Shown here piece after piece: positions 32,779 through 41,956 of a stretch of 64,000 nt of DNA. The position numbers and the translations under genes are program-made. This DNA is from Gammaproteobacteria bacterium (GTDB lineage Bacteria; Pseudomonadota; Gammaproteobacteria; Pseudomonadales; Pseudohongiellaceae), in contig CANJTS010000008.1 in the NCBI GenBank assembly GCA_947477655.1, forward strand, positions 53,929-117,928, read 5' to 3'. The notes beneath the pieces were generated by a model. The model was given only the letters and a program-made list of their open reading frames with translations, ran no database searches and was not told the origin of the DNA. The first letter of the stretch is position 1; the number at the start of each line of letters is the position of its first letter.

Positions 32779-33543
32779 TCACTCCCTGAGCGCCGAACCG
32801 GTGAGATGCAAAAACACATCTTCGAGATTGCCATGTAAAGGCGATGTGGGAGGTTCTGGTGCGTGTTGCAATATAAGTTCTTGTGGTGTGCCCAATGCAA
32901 TTACTTTGCCATGATCCATGATGGCGATACGGTCGCACAGTTGTTCTGCTTCTTCCATGTTGTGGGTAGTCAGTACTATGGTCATGCCTTTGGCGTTGAG
33001 ATCTTTCACCAGATCCCACAGGTTACGTTTGGCGTGGGGATCGAGGCCGGTGGTGGGTTCGTCCAGAAACAAAACTTTGGGATCATTGACCAGGGCACAG
33101 GCTATGGAAAAGCGTTGTTTCTGGCCGCCAGATAACTTGGATGGTTTAGCGTTGCCTTTATCCAATAGATTTACTTTTTCGAGCACCGTGTCAGGCGCTA
33201 CGTTTCGGCCATAAAGTGCGGTAAATAAGCTGAGCAATTCGCGCAAAGACAGATGATCGAGATATTCGTTTGCCTGCAGTTGTACACCAATTAGTTGTTT
33301 GACCTTGTAGGGTTCGGTCTGTACATCAAAATCCACGATGGTAGCGCTACCGGAGTCGATATCAGTCAGACCTTCCAGCATCTCTAGGGTGGTTGTTTTG
33401 CCCGCGCCATTGGGTCCCAAGATGCCGAAAATTTCCCCAGTCTTGATGCTGAGAGACACACCATCGACTGCATGAAACCATTCGCCCTTTTTGTCGGGGC
33501 GAGGATATTTTTTAACCAGATTATTGGCTATGACTATGGGCAT
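32779..33543 (-). CDS. ABC transporter ATP-binding protein
   Basis: Walker [10 protein letters not shown], signature LSGGQKQR, Walker B LFLDEPT. Confidence 0.9.
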   Translation of the reverse strand: MPIVIANNLVKKYPRPDKKGEWFHAVDGVSLSIKTGEIFGILGPNGAGKTTTLEMLEGLTDIDSGSATIVDFDVQTEPYKVKQLIGVQLQANEYLDHLSLRELLSLFTALYGRNVAPDTVLEKVNLLDKGNAKPSKLSGGQKQRFSIACALVNDPKVLFLDEPTTGLDPHAKRNLWDLVKDLNAKGMTIVLTTHNMEEAEQLCDRIAIMDHGKVIALGTPQELILQHAPEPPTSPLHGNLEDVFLHLTGSALRE

Positions 33544-33836
33544 AAGATTCTAGATCACCTATAAAAAATTAGATTTCATCCCAACTGCTTTGTTATGTAA
33601 AAAATTATTTTAGTTGTTAACTTTATAAGGGGGTGCGAAATATTTGCCAAGCGTCTCATTTGTGCGAAGCTTGAATTTTAGAAGATGCCCACTATTTAAA
33701 CAGGAATGAAGAGTTTTTTCTTGGCAGGATTCAATCGCGAGGTGAAAAATAGTTCAAGTAGTAAAAGGCAAAATAGGAACAAACACGGGCAAGAATGATT
33801 TCTTGGCGAATGTTGTCAGTTCCCCAATAATCTATG

Positions 33837-34808
33837 TCATATACACTTATTAATCTCGACAGTAACGTGCACGAGTTCCTCGTGTACTTGCAGGGCCGAT
33901 CTGACGATATCGGGTGTTAAGTTGTGGTCATTGGTAACTACGACCAGTGCGACAGAATATGCACTCTTACCAACCCGCCAAACGTGTAAATCGGCAATGG
34001 TAGTGTCGAGGTCGGAAAAGTCTTTCAGTATAACTTCGCGGATCTCTGCAACTACGGCGTGATCCATTTCACGGTCCAGCAAAATTTTGCTTGTGTCGGC
34101 AATCAAACCACGTGACCAATTGATAACAAGGCCGGCACCAATGATGCCCATGATTGGATCAAGCCAAAGCCATCCATAGAGCCAACCGCCCACGAGAGCA
34201 AAAAGAGCCAATACAGAAGTAGCAGCATCTGCAATCACATGAACATAGGCGGACTTTAAATTCAAATCATGTTGGTTGTGATCGTGTTGATGATCGTGTT
34301 GATGATCGTGTTGATGATCGTGTTGATGATCGTTCGTGTGAGCGTGTTTGTGGTGCGCGCTACCTAGTATATAAGCGCACAAAATATTTACAGCCAAACC
34401 GAAGGTTGCTATGAACATTGCTTCCTGAAAGTGGATTGGCTGAGGAAAAAGTAGACGCTCAACAGAAATGACTACCATGACGATGGCTACGCATATCAAC
34501 AAAATAGCACTGGTATAGCCTGCAAGGATCTCAATTTTCCAGGTTCCAAACGCGAATCGAGAATCTCTTGCATAGTGACGCGCTGCTGCATATGCGAACG
34601 CGCTCAAGCCAAGCGCCAAGGCATGCGAACTCATATGCCAGCCATCTGCGAGTAGTGCCATGGAGTTGAACCACCAGCCGCCCACAATCTCGACCACCAT
34701 CATTGCGAGGGTGATCCACATCACAATTTTGGTCCCGCGTTCTGCCAGTTGATTACCGGAATCAAACACGTGTTCGTGCTGCCACCGAGTTAGGTCGTGA
34801 TTTTGCAT
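33837..34808 (-). CDS. Cation diffusion facilitator (CzcD/ZitB-like) divalent-metal efflux protein
   Basis: Six TM segments. HMSSHALALG and HVIADA motifs. His-rich cytoplasmic loop HHKHAHTNDHQHDHQHDHQHDHQHDHNQHD. C-terminal CDF dimerisation domain. Confidence 0.85.
   Translation of the reverse strand: MQNHDLTRWQHEHVFDSGNQLAERGTKIVMWITLAMMVVEIVGGWWFNSMALLADGWHMSSHALALGLSAFAYAAARHYARDSRFAFGTWKIEILAGYTSAILLICVAIVMVVISVERLLFPQPIHFQEAMFIATFGLAVNILCAYILGSAHHKHAHTNDHQHDHQHDHQHDHQHDHNQHDLNLKSAYVHVIADAATSVLALFALVGGWLYGWLWLDPIMGIIGAGLVINWSRGLIADTSKILLDREMDHAVVAEIREVILKDFSDLDTTIADLHVWRVGKSAYSVALVVVTNDHNLTPDIVRSALQVHEELVHVTVEINKCI
34279..34334. repeat. 12-nt tandem repeat (about 4.5 units) encoding the (DHQH)n loop of the CDF protein
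   Basis: The plus strand reads atcgtgttgatg four times, then atcgtt. In frame on the minus strand. Confidence 0.9.
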
Positions 34809-34928
34809 ATAAATTATTTTCGTTTTGCTGTGCGTGAAAATTTGAAAAGTTTTTTGAAAGGTTTGATGTCGTCTTAGAGCGAGCTATGCCGAATTTATAG
34901 TTGCAGCAAACTAAAGCAGCTAACTAAA

Positions 34929-34954
34929 GCAGCAAAGGCGTAAGCTTTGCCGCT
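34929..34954 (-). terminator. Putative terminator after the ankyrin gene
   Basis: The minus strand reads AGCGGCAAAG-cttacgc-CTTTGCTGC (9-bp stem including one G-U pair) followed by TTTAGTT. The T-tract is weak. Confidence 0.4.
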
Positions 34955-34963
34955 AAATAAATA

Positions 34964-36613
34964 TTATTGAATGGTTGCGGGTGCAGACACATCCACAGGC
35001 TCTGGAATAACACAGTTGTCTACTTTTTTACATTCTTCGGCCAATAGTTCGCCGGTGGCTACCAAAGGCTCTGGACGTGCGCCCAAGTAAGCTGCTGGAA
35101 AGCGACCCATAGCCAAGTCGTAAGGCGTACGACCTGAAGTATCGACAACTTGTTGGACTGCACCGTTATCAATCAGAAATTTTACGATAAGGTTCCAGCC
35201 TTTTTTGGCCGCGGCATGTAAGGCAGTTTGGCCGTCGACCTGGCCAGCACCACGAATGGCAGGTTGCAGGCCGGCACCTCGTTCGTTATCACTGAGCTGA
35301 GTAATAGGGCGTTTAGCGGGATCACCCGTTATGGCATTTATGTTGGCACCATGTTCCAGCAGTATCTGCAAGGTCTCGATACTGGCTTCTTCAGTTTTAT
35401 AACGGCCACGGGTTGGAGCTGCTGACCAATCGATGCCGGCAACAATTAACAGAGGTGTGTGACCACGAGCATTGGGTAAGTCGACCAAGGCACCGTGTTC
35501 CAATAAAAGTTTTACTGAAGCAACATCGGCCGCGCGTGCTGCTCGAATCAAAGGGGTTGCACCCTCAGCCAAAGAATTATCTGAACCACGATCAAAGACA
35601 GCATTGCGATAAGGCGGACGTACTTTTAATTGCATGTTGGGGTTGGCGCCTCGTTCCAGCAACATTCTGGCAACATCTACACCGGTGTGTACATCTTCGG
35701 AAGGAATATCCGTGCGACCACCAACAGGAAGAGTGTTTAAATCTATGGCGTTATATAGCGGTGCGCGGCCAAAAATATCCCATTGATTAACGTCAGCACC
35801 CGCTTCGATCAAGGCCACGGCAGTATCAAAATGCAAATTTATCAAGGCCAGATTGAGTGCGGAAATACGGTCTGGATCAGTTGCGTTTAAGTCGGCACCC
35901 CCATTAGCAAGAATAGCCACACATGCAGTGCAACCTTGGCGGGCTGCGTAAAGCAAGGGCGAAAACCCACCTTTGTTCATGTCTTTCGGCCGCGGCTCTG
36001 ACAAGATGCGACGATCCCACAAACGTGCAGCACCGTGTTCGTTGACATCAGCACCATGGGCTAACAAGAGCTTCAGCATATCGGGTTGGCTTTGCGCTGC
36101 AGCCCACATCAAGGCGGACTGCCCACCCCAACTTTCTTTGGCATTTATAGCAGCGCCTTGCTCGAGCAACAGTTCAGCGGCAGGGAGGTTGCCGGAACGT
36201 GCGGCAATCATCAGGGCCGTTTCACCTTCTAGGTTGGCTTGATCTGGCAGTGCACCGTGTTCGAGCAACAGTTGCATGATTTCGATATTGCCTTGCATGG
36301 CAGCTTCCGCCATCGGTACAGCACCGTATTCGTTGCCGTGGTTGGCATCGGCACCGGCTGCCAATAACTGCTTAACAAGTTCAACATCGCCCGCGTAAAC
36401 AGCATATAACAAGGCAGAGGAACCATCACTTTGGGTGGCATTTACATCAGTGCCAGTGGCCAATAATGATAAGGCCTGCTCTCGATCACCTGAGCTGACA
36501 ATATCGGCGAGATTCTGCGCTTGTGTAGCGTTCGTGCTGGCGCAAAATAACAATCCTGCAGCTACCAGTTTAGTTGCCAGTAGTTTGAGAACTGCCCGAT
36601 TTATTGTTTTCAT
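34964..36613 (-). CDS. Periplasmic ankyrin-repeat protein
   Basis: Sec signal (..FCASTNATQA/QN) followed by more than ten ANK-type repeats (G.TALM.AA..G......LL..GAD.N). Confidence 0.85.
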   Translation of the reverse strand: MKTINRAVLKLLATKLVAAGLLFCASTNATQAQNLADIVSSGDREQALSLLATGTDVNATQSDGSSALLYAVYAGDVELVKQLLAAGADANHGNEYGAVPMAEAAMQGNIEIMQLLLEHGALPDQANLEGETALMIAARSGNLPAAELLLEQGAAINAKESWGGQSALMWAAAQSQPDMLKLLLAHGADVNEHGAARLWDRRILSEPRPKDMNKGGFSPLLYAARQGCTACVAILANGGADLNATDPDRISALNLALINLHFDTAVALIEAGADVNQWDIFGRAPLYNAIDLNTLPVGGRTDIPSEDVHTGVDVARMLLERGANPNMQLKVRPPYRNAVFDRGSDNSLAEGATPLIRAARAADVASVKLLLEHGALVDLPNARGHTPLLIVAGIDWSAAPTRGRYKTEEASIETLQILLEHGANINAITGDPAKRPITQLSDNERGAGLQPAIRGAGQVDGQTALHAAAKKGWNLIVKFLIDNGAVQQVVDTSGRTPYDLAMGRFPAAYLGARPEPLVATGELLAEECKKVDNCVIPEPVDVSAPATIQ

Positions 36614-36657
36614 ATTTACTCCAACGGTCTGTACGCTTTGTTGCTGCTGATTGCTGC

Positions 36658-37968
36658 TTACACTTCAGCAAATGCGCCGGTGCTGTCACCAAAAGATTCT
36701 TCGGCAATGCCAGCACGATTTAGCATGGTGAGCAGCAAGTTAGCTTGCGGCGTATCTTGGGGGTAAAGTAGATGTTGGCCGCCTTTTATTGTGCCAGCAC
36801 CGCGGCCAAAGATCGCGTTGGGCTGCGGATCGTGGTTATGTTTGTCGCTGTTACTCATGTTCGAACCAAATAGAATAATTGAGTTGTCGAGTACTGTGCT
36901 GTTGCCTTCTGGCATGGCGTCCAGTTTTTCGAGGAAATAATTGAAAACGCTGGTATGGAAAGCTTGTACTTTTGCCAGCCGGCCCATTTTTTCGGGATCA
37001 TCACCGTGGTGAGACAGCGGATGGAAAGCATCAGCCACACCGATATTAGTATAGGTACGCATACTGACTTCTTTTTCCATCATCATACTGGCGACATGGG
37101 TCAGATTGATCTGGTAAGACAGCGCAACTAAGTCGAACATGATTTTCAGATGATCTTCAAAGCTGGTGGGGATGCCAACCGGTGCATTAGGAATTTCGAC
37201 ATTACTCAAGTCCTGACTTTTCATCATCTGAACGCGGCGTTCAATTTCGCGCACTGATTCCAGATAGTCAGACACCATTGCCGTATCTGCTGCACCCAAT
37301 TTACGTTGCAAGGAAGAGGCATCACCCATGATGGAATCGAGAATACTACCGGTTTGATCAACGATTGCTGCGCGTTCTGCGGCATCATCGCCTTGGCCAA
37401 ACAACTGGAAAAACAGTTTGCGCGGGTTGGTTTCAATGGGCAGTGACTGTTGTGGGGTACGGAATGACAGGGAAGATCCAAAGGAACAGGAATAACCTGG
37501 TGCACAGGGGCCGCCATTGGGCGTGCCTACTTCGATGGAAGGGAAGGTAGTACCTTGACCAATATAACGTGCAGCGATTTGGTCGGCGGTGGTGCCTTTG
37601 CTCGGATCACTCACATCGTTGGGCGCAACGCAACGTAACCAGGTGCCGGCCACAATGCCGTGTGGGTCGTTGCTTTCAGCGGGTTTGTTGCGCAAGCCGG
37701 AAATAATAGTCATACGATCTTTGAATTTGGCTGCCGGCGCCAGAATTTCCGGTACTACAAAATCAGTACCAACAGTGGTGGGTGTCCACTTGCTCATTAC
37801 CGCGCCATGCGGAAAAAATACGAAACCCATTCGCGCTTGGGGATTGGCAGCAGTTTGTGCCCACGCAGTAGACGCAGGAATCATCGCGTCCAGCAGCGGC
37901 AAAGCCACTGAGCTACCCAAACCGCGTAGTACCATTCGACGTGATAAATGCTTTTTGGTGATAAACAT
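36658..37968 (-). CDS. DUF1552-family protein with twin-arginine signal
   Basis: MFITKKHLSRRMVLRGLGSSVALPLLDAM is the typical DUF1552 N-terminus. C-terminal ..FGSNMSNSDKHNHD.. metal-site-like motif. Confidence 0.75.
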   Translation of the reverse strand: MFITKKHLSRRMVLRGLGSSVALPLLDAMIPASTAWAQTAANPQARMGFVFFPHGAVMSKWTPTTVGTDFVVPEILAPAAKFKDRMTIISGLRNKPAESNDPHGIVAGTWLRCVAPNDVSDPSKGTTADQIAARYIGQGTTFPSIEVGTPNGGPCAPGYSCSFGSSLSFRTPQQSLPIETNPRKLFFQLFGQGDDAAERAAIVDQTGSILDSIMGDASSLQRKLGAADTAMVSDYLESVREIERRVQMMKSQDLSNVEIPNAPVGIPTSFEDHLKIMFDLVALSYQINLTHVASMMMEKEVSMRTYTNIGVADAFHPLSHHGDDPEKMGRLAKVQAFHTSVFNYFLEKLDAMPEGNSTVLDNSIILFGSNMSNSDKHNHDPQPNAIFGRGAGTIKGGQHLLYPQDTPQANLLLTMLNRAGIAEESFGDSTGAFAEV

Positions 37969-38000
37969 GGACTTTCTCCCTCGTGGGTAGTTGTGCGCAA

Positions 38001-40565
38001 TTATTTATGAAAAGTTATTTGTTGTGAGTTATTTGGGCTTGTGTTGTTTTGCACTACGGCATCAGTGTTGGCGACGCTGCTTAACTGTGGTGCTGTTTGT
38101 TTGCGGAACAAATCGCTGTTGATGATACCCATCACCAGTGTTGAAAAATGATAATCGTTAGTAGCGGCGGCGCGCACCACGCTGCGTAATACGGGCATGT
38201 CCCGTGCTTCCAGCGAGCGACCCAGCGCATAGATCATCAGTTTTTCAGTTAGCGCCTGCACAAACAAGTTGGGGCGTGCCATTAGTGCTGTCCTTAAATC
38301 TGCAGGGCCGTTTACCAGGCTGCCGTTGGGCATAACACCGGACGCATCCACCACTGTACCGGTCTGAATATCACGCTCGCGCCATTTGCCAGTGGCATCA
38401 AAATTATCCAGCGCAAAGCCGAGCGGATCCATTACAGCGTGGCAGGCATTACAGGTGGGATTGGAGCGGTGTTGTTCCAATCTTTCGCGTACCGTAGTTG
38501 CGATTTTGCCTGCTATATTTTCCCCCAAGACGGGTATATTGGGTGGCGGCACGGGCGGCGGACTGCCGATAATGGTTTCCAAAATCCAGGCTCCACGTAA
38601 CACCGGGCTGGTTCGGTTGGGATAAGCGGTTGCCATCAACACGCCACCTTTGCCCAGTAAGCCCCAGCGGTTGCTGTCGGTTAGTTCTACCCGCCGGAAG
38701 CGGTCCCCTTTTACCGTGGTGATGCCGTAGTGCAAGGCCAAACGTTCATTGAGGTATGAATAAGAGCCATCTAGCAAACGCATAACGTTTTGATCTTCGC
38801 GGAACACGCTGTCGATAAATAGAGCGATCTCCTGCACGAATTCACCCCGCAAATCACCGACACCCGAGGCGTAGGGAAAGAGGGTTTCATCCGGATTGAT
38901 CTCGTCAAGCTTGGCCAGTTTGAGCCACTGGGCAGCAAAGTTTTCCGCCAGAGCACTGGCGCGTGGATCGGCCAGCATGCGGGTAACTTGGGCTTCGAGC
39001 ACTGCCGGATCCTGCAGTTGATCGGTTATGGCGAGTTCCAGTAAGGTAGGATCCGGCACGCTGCTCCACAGGAAAAACGACAAACGTGAGGCCAAGTCCA
39101 CACTGCTTAATTGATAGACAGTACCTGGACTCAGGTCGGTGGGTGCAAGTTCGGCACGGTACAGGAAGTTAGGGCTGGCTAGCGTACGGGTAAGGGCACG
39201 GCGAATGCCTTCTTCAAACCCGCCTAGTTCTTGACCACTTCGATAAAAACTCAACAACGGAGCCATATCTTCAGTAGTGACAGGCCGGCGATACGCGGCG
39301 GTGGCAAACTCTTGAATAATTTGCGCGGCACAGTCGGCTTCCTGGCTGCTGGCATCCGGATAGCACGAAAAAAGCACGTTGCGCGTAGGTGTTGTGCTCA
39401 TGCCAGTGACGGTATATGGACCGCGTACTTCTAGTGATGGTATGGAGAGGATGCGATCCTGTACCGCGCCGGGTACAAAATGCTGCAAAGTGTCATCGGA
39501 TTCAGCAAAACTACGCCGTACAAAACTGATGCCGACTTTATGAGGGCCGGCTGTTGTGGTGAAACGAATGTCTTTGGTGCGAGCATTAATTTCATCAAGT
39601 GGGCCACTCTGTACTAAATCAAGAGACTTACGGTCAGCATCACCTCCTAAAATGGTTTCGTACACTTTGACACCATCGATGGTAACCAGCATCTTATTTT
39701 CAAATTCAATGTTATACATCCATAACGATAAATTGAAATCACCTGCACTGACTGCGTATTCTCCGTCGGCCGGAAACCAGTGTTCTATCAACATACCACC
39801 CCGAGTTCCAAGCGGTAGACCATCGATATGAAATTGTTGTGAGCCACCGCCCGTGGCGCGCGCAGGTAATATTTCGGGTGCTTGATATACAGTGCTGCCG
39901 AGGGAGGGGGTCGGATCACCCACGGCTTGTTCCGCAATAATACGTGCTGCAGAAACATACTGATTTATAAACGCAGGCGAGACTTGCAGTGCTTCGGCAA
40001 TATTATCGAACCCGTCGCTGGTGTCGTCTTCGGGCAGGATGTCGGTGGGGTCAATTTCTAGACCCAATAAATCACGAATGGCGTTAGCATATTCTTTACG
40101 GTTGAGGCGGTGAATGGCGACATGGCCAGGATCGGTTTGTTGCAGGCCTGCGGAATCCAGATAAGTTTCCAGCCAGTCTACGAAAGCAAAGGTGGTGGTT
40201 TCGTCCGGACGGATATCCTGATTAGGGGGTGGCATCATGCCGCCGCGTAACTTTTTCAGGACTTTTTCGAACAATGCTGGATCGTTGGCAACATCAAGCG
40301 GGCTGAGGCCGGTAAAATCGACACCGCCGGAAAAGTCGTCGGCGTTATGGCATTTGGTGCAATATTGTTCAAACAGCGGCCAGAATTGTTCGGCTTGCTG
40401 TAAGGAAAGTGCGGAGGTTGTCGCAGCACTTGGCTGAGCTTGTACAACAGCAGCATTAAACGCAGCCCCAGAAAAAGCAGCAAGAGCAAACATAACGCTG
40501 GGAAATATTTGTTTGCGGTGTTGAAGCTTGCCAAGGCCAGAATGTAGAAAAGTTTTGTTACGCAT
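38001..40565 (-). CDS. DUF1592/DUF1595/DUF1588/DUF1587/DUF1585-type multidomain exported protein with two CXXCH motifs
   Basis: Signal peptide. CTKCH at 40347-40361 and CNACH at 38439-38453 (..HRSNPTCNACHAVMDPLGF is the DUF1585-type C-terminal signature). 854 aa. 32-nt gap to the DUF1552 gene. Confidence 0.75.
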   Translation of the reverse strand: MRNKTFLHSGLGKLQHRKQIFPSVMFALAAFSGAAFNAAVVQAQPSAATTSALSLQQAEQFWPLFEQYCTKCHNADDFSGGVDFTGLSPLDVANDPALFEKVLKKLRGGMMPPPNQDIRPDETTTFAFVDWLETYLDSAGLQQTDPGHVAIHRLNRKEYANAIRDLLGLEIDPTDILPEDDTSDGFDNIAEALQVSPAFINQYVSAARIIAEQAVGDPTPSLGSTVYQAPEILPARATGGGSQQFHIDGLPLGTRGGMLIEHWFPADGEYAVSAGDFNLSLWMYNIEFENKMLVTIDGVKVYETILGGDADRKSLDLVQSGPLDEINARTKDIRFTTTAGPHKVGISFVRRSFAESDDTLQHFVPGAVQDRILSIPSLEVRGPYTVTGMSTTPTRNVLFSCYPDASSQEADCAAQIIQEFATAAYRRPVTTEDMAPLLSFYRSGQELGGFEEGIRRALTRTLASPNFLYRAELAPTDLSPGTVYQLSSVDLASRLSFFLWSSVPDPTLLELAITDQLQDPAVLEAQVTRMLADPRASALAENFAAQWLKLAKLDEINPDETLFPYASGVGDLRGEFVQEIALFIDSVFREDQNVMRLLDGSYSYLNERLALHYGITTVKGDRFRRVELTDSNRWGLLGKGGVLMATAYPNRTSPVLRGAWILETIIGSPPPVPPPNIPVLGENIAGKIATTVRERLEQHRSNPTCNACHAVMDPLGFALDNFDATGKWRERDIQTGTVVDASGVMPNGSLVNGPADLRTALMARPNLFVQALTEKLMIYALGRSLEARDMPVLRSVVRAAATNDYHFSTLVMGIINSDLFRKQTAPQLSSVANTDAVVQNNTSPNNSQQITFHK

Positions 40566-40678
40566 GATGCTTACCCATCAATCTATTACAGCTATATTCA
40601 TTAAATTTTTTTTGTATGAGACCGGATTTAACCAGCCTGTCGCTGCAGTTCGTTAAATAAAGTCTGTACAGATAATTT

Positions 40679-41602
40679 TCAGGCATCTGGTGTGTAATGC
40701 GGAATCAGACTCCAGTGGGACAGTTCGATAAACATATCCGAAGCTCCCAATTGCCCCTCAAATGTGCCTGCAGGTTTGGCTGCCAAGGTTTCGGGCACAT
40801 TACTCGCCTGCATGAATAACTCACGCACACTGGCAAAAATCTGGGCATACATATCACGCATGACCACCAGTTGCGCTTTGGTCATTACGGGGCCGGTCGC
40901 AGGTACGATAATAGTGCTGTCGTTGGCAATGCTGAGGAGGGTTTCTATGCCGTCTACCAAGCCACCTATCCATCCACCCGTCCACCAGTCCATCAATGGC
41001 CAAGCATCAGTGGAAATAATACCGCCAGTGTGCAACACGTTGTCGGTCGGCAAAAAAATGTACATGTCGCCATCTGTATGAGCTTGACGCATATAACCGT
41101 ATTCAACCACATCATTACCATGAGGCATGTTGCCGTAGTGATAAAAAATTTCTGTGGGTAAGGCTTGTGCAGGAAGGGGTTCGAAAATGACATCTTCCCA
41201 GGGCCGTTCGATACTTGTGCCCAACCATTGGCGAGTATTTTCATGCGCAAAAATTTTAGTATCACGATTGCCTAGTTCTTCATTCAAACCGGTTTGTTCG
41301 CGATGCCAGTGGGTGTTGATCAAAGTAGATATGCGGCGACTATCGAGTGTGCGTTCAATAGTGCTTCTTAGCGCAGCAGCGTTGGCTTGCAACCCACCAT
41401 CCACTACCAGTAATTCGCTGTTGGCAGCTTTTTTTACTAAAACATTGCAACCACTGCCAGTAATTAAAGCAGTAGTTGAATTGATGCTCTGCACCGCTAG
41501 ATTGGTGTTTTGCGCCAATAGTTTTTGATTCAAACCTTGGCTCAATACCAAAGTAGCACTAGCACTCATGGAGAATTGCAGTAAATTTCTACGGTTAATC
41601 AT
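40679..41602 (-). CDS. MBL-fold protein with twin-arginine signal and a variant metal motif
   Basis: MINRRNLLQFSMSASATLVLS. The MBL motif position reads THWHREQTG instead of HxHxDH. Later candidate ligand positions are FAHENT, HTDGD and LHTGG. Confidence 0.7.
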   Translation of the reverse strand: MINRRNLLQFSMSASATLVLSQGLNQKLLAQNTNLAVQSINSTTALITGSGCNVLVKKAANSELLVVDGGLQANAAALRSTIERTLDSRRISTLINTHWHREQTGLNEELGNRDTKIFAHENTRQWLGTSIERPWEDVIFEPLPAQALPTEIFYHYGNMPHGNDVVEYGYMRQAHTDGDMYIFLPTDNVLHTGGIISTDAWPLMDWWTGGWIGGLVDGIETLLSIANDSTIIVPATGPVMTKAQLVVMRDMYAQIFASVRELFMQASNVPETLAAKPAGTFEGQLGASDMFIELSHWSLIPHYTPDA

Positions 41603-41956
41603 GGATATTCAGACGTTTTGACAGTAAGGATGTGTTGGTTAGACCGACTCAAAAGGAGTATATGAAACCGATATGAATTTTGATTGAGTATAAAGCAGTT
41701 GCCAATAGTGCGCCACAGTAGCTGAGAAGGCTGATATACCGAAAAAATCAGTGGATTTATAGAAATTTCACCCATTTTTGTTGCACAAATATCATGGCTC
41801 AAACTGGCAAAAATGGCCGCTACGGATTGCTTGTTATATATAAGCCGGTGATTTATGCTTCGACCACTTGCTGTGTTTATATAAGCAGCAACAAACAAAT
41901 GAAAAAAAAATAACAAAATAGTTAATCCAGTTGTGACCCTAGGGGGAGCCAAAGCC

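Noticed and set aside
32777-33019. N-terminal 81-aa extension of the ABC-2 permease ORF as given in the track. Similar upstream extensions appear for 7104, 10720, 14113, 16661, 21413, 23055, 24559, 50438 and 54550.
   Set aside because: The extensions overlap the preceding gene or lack a signal or Shine-Dalgarno sequence. Internal ATGs with a Shine-Dalgarno sequence, or with start/stop coupling, give N-termini matching the expected families.
34279-34334. Short tandem arrays (also 60104-60155 and 48881-48913) as CRISPR-like arrays.
   Set aside because: The units are 11-13 bp and directly abut with no spacers, there are no cas genes, and one array is in-frame coding sequence.
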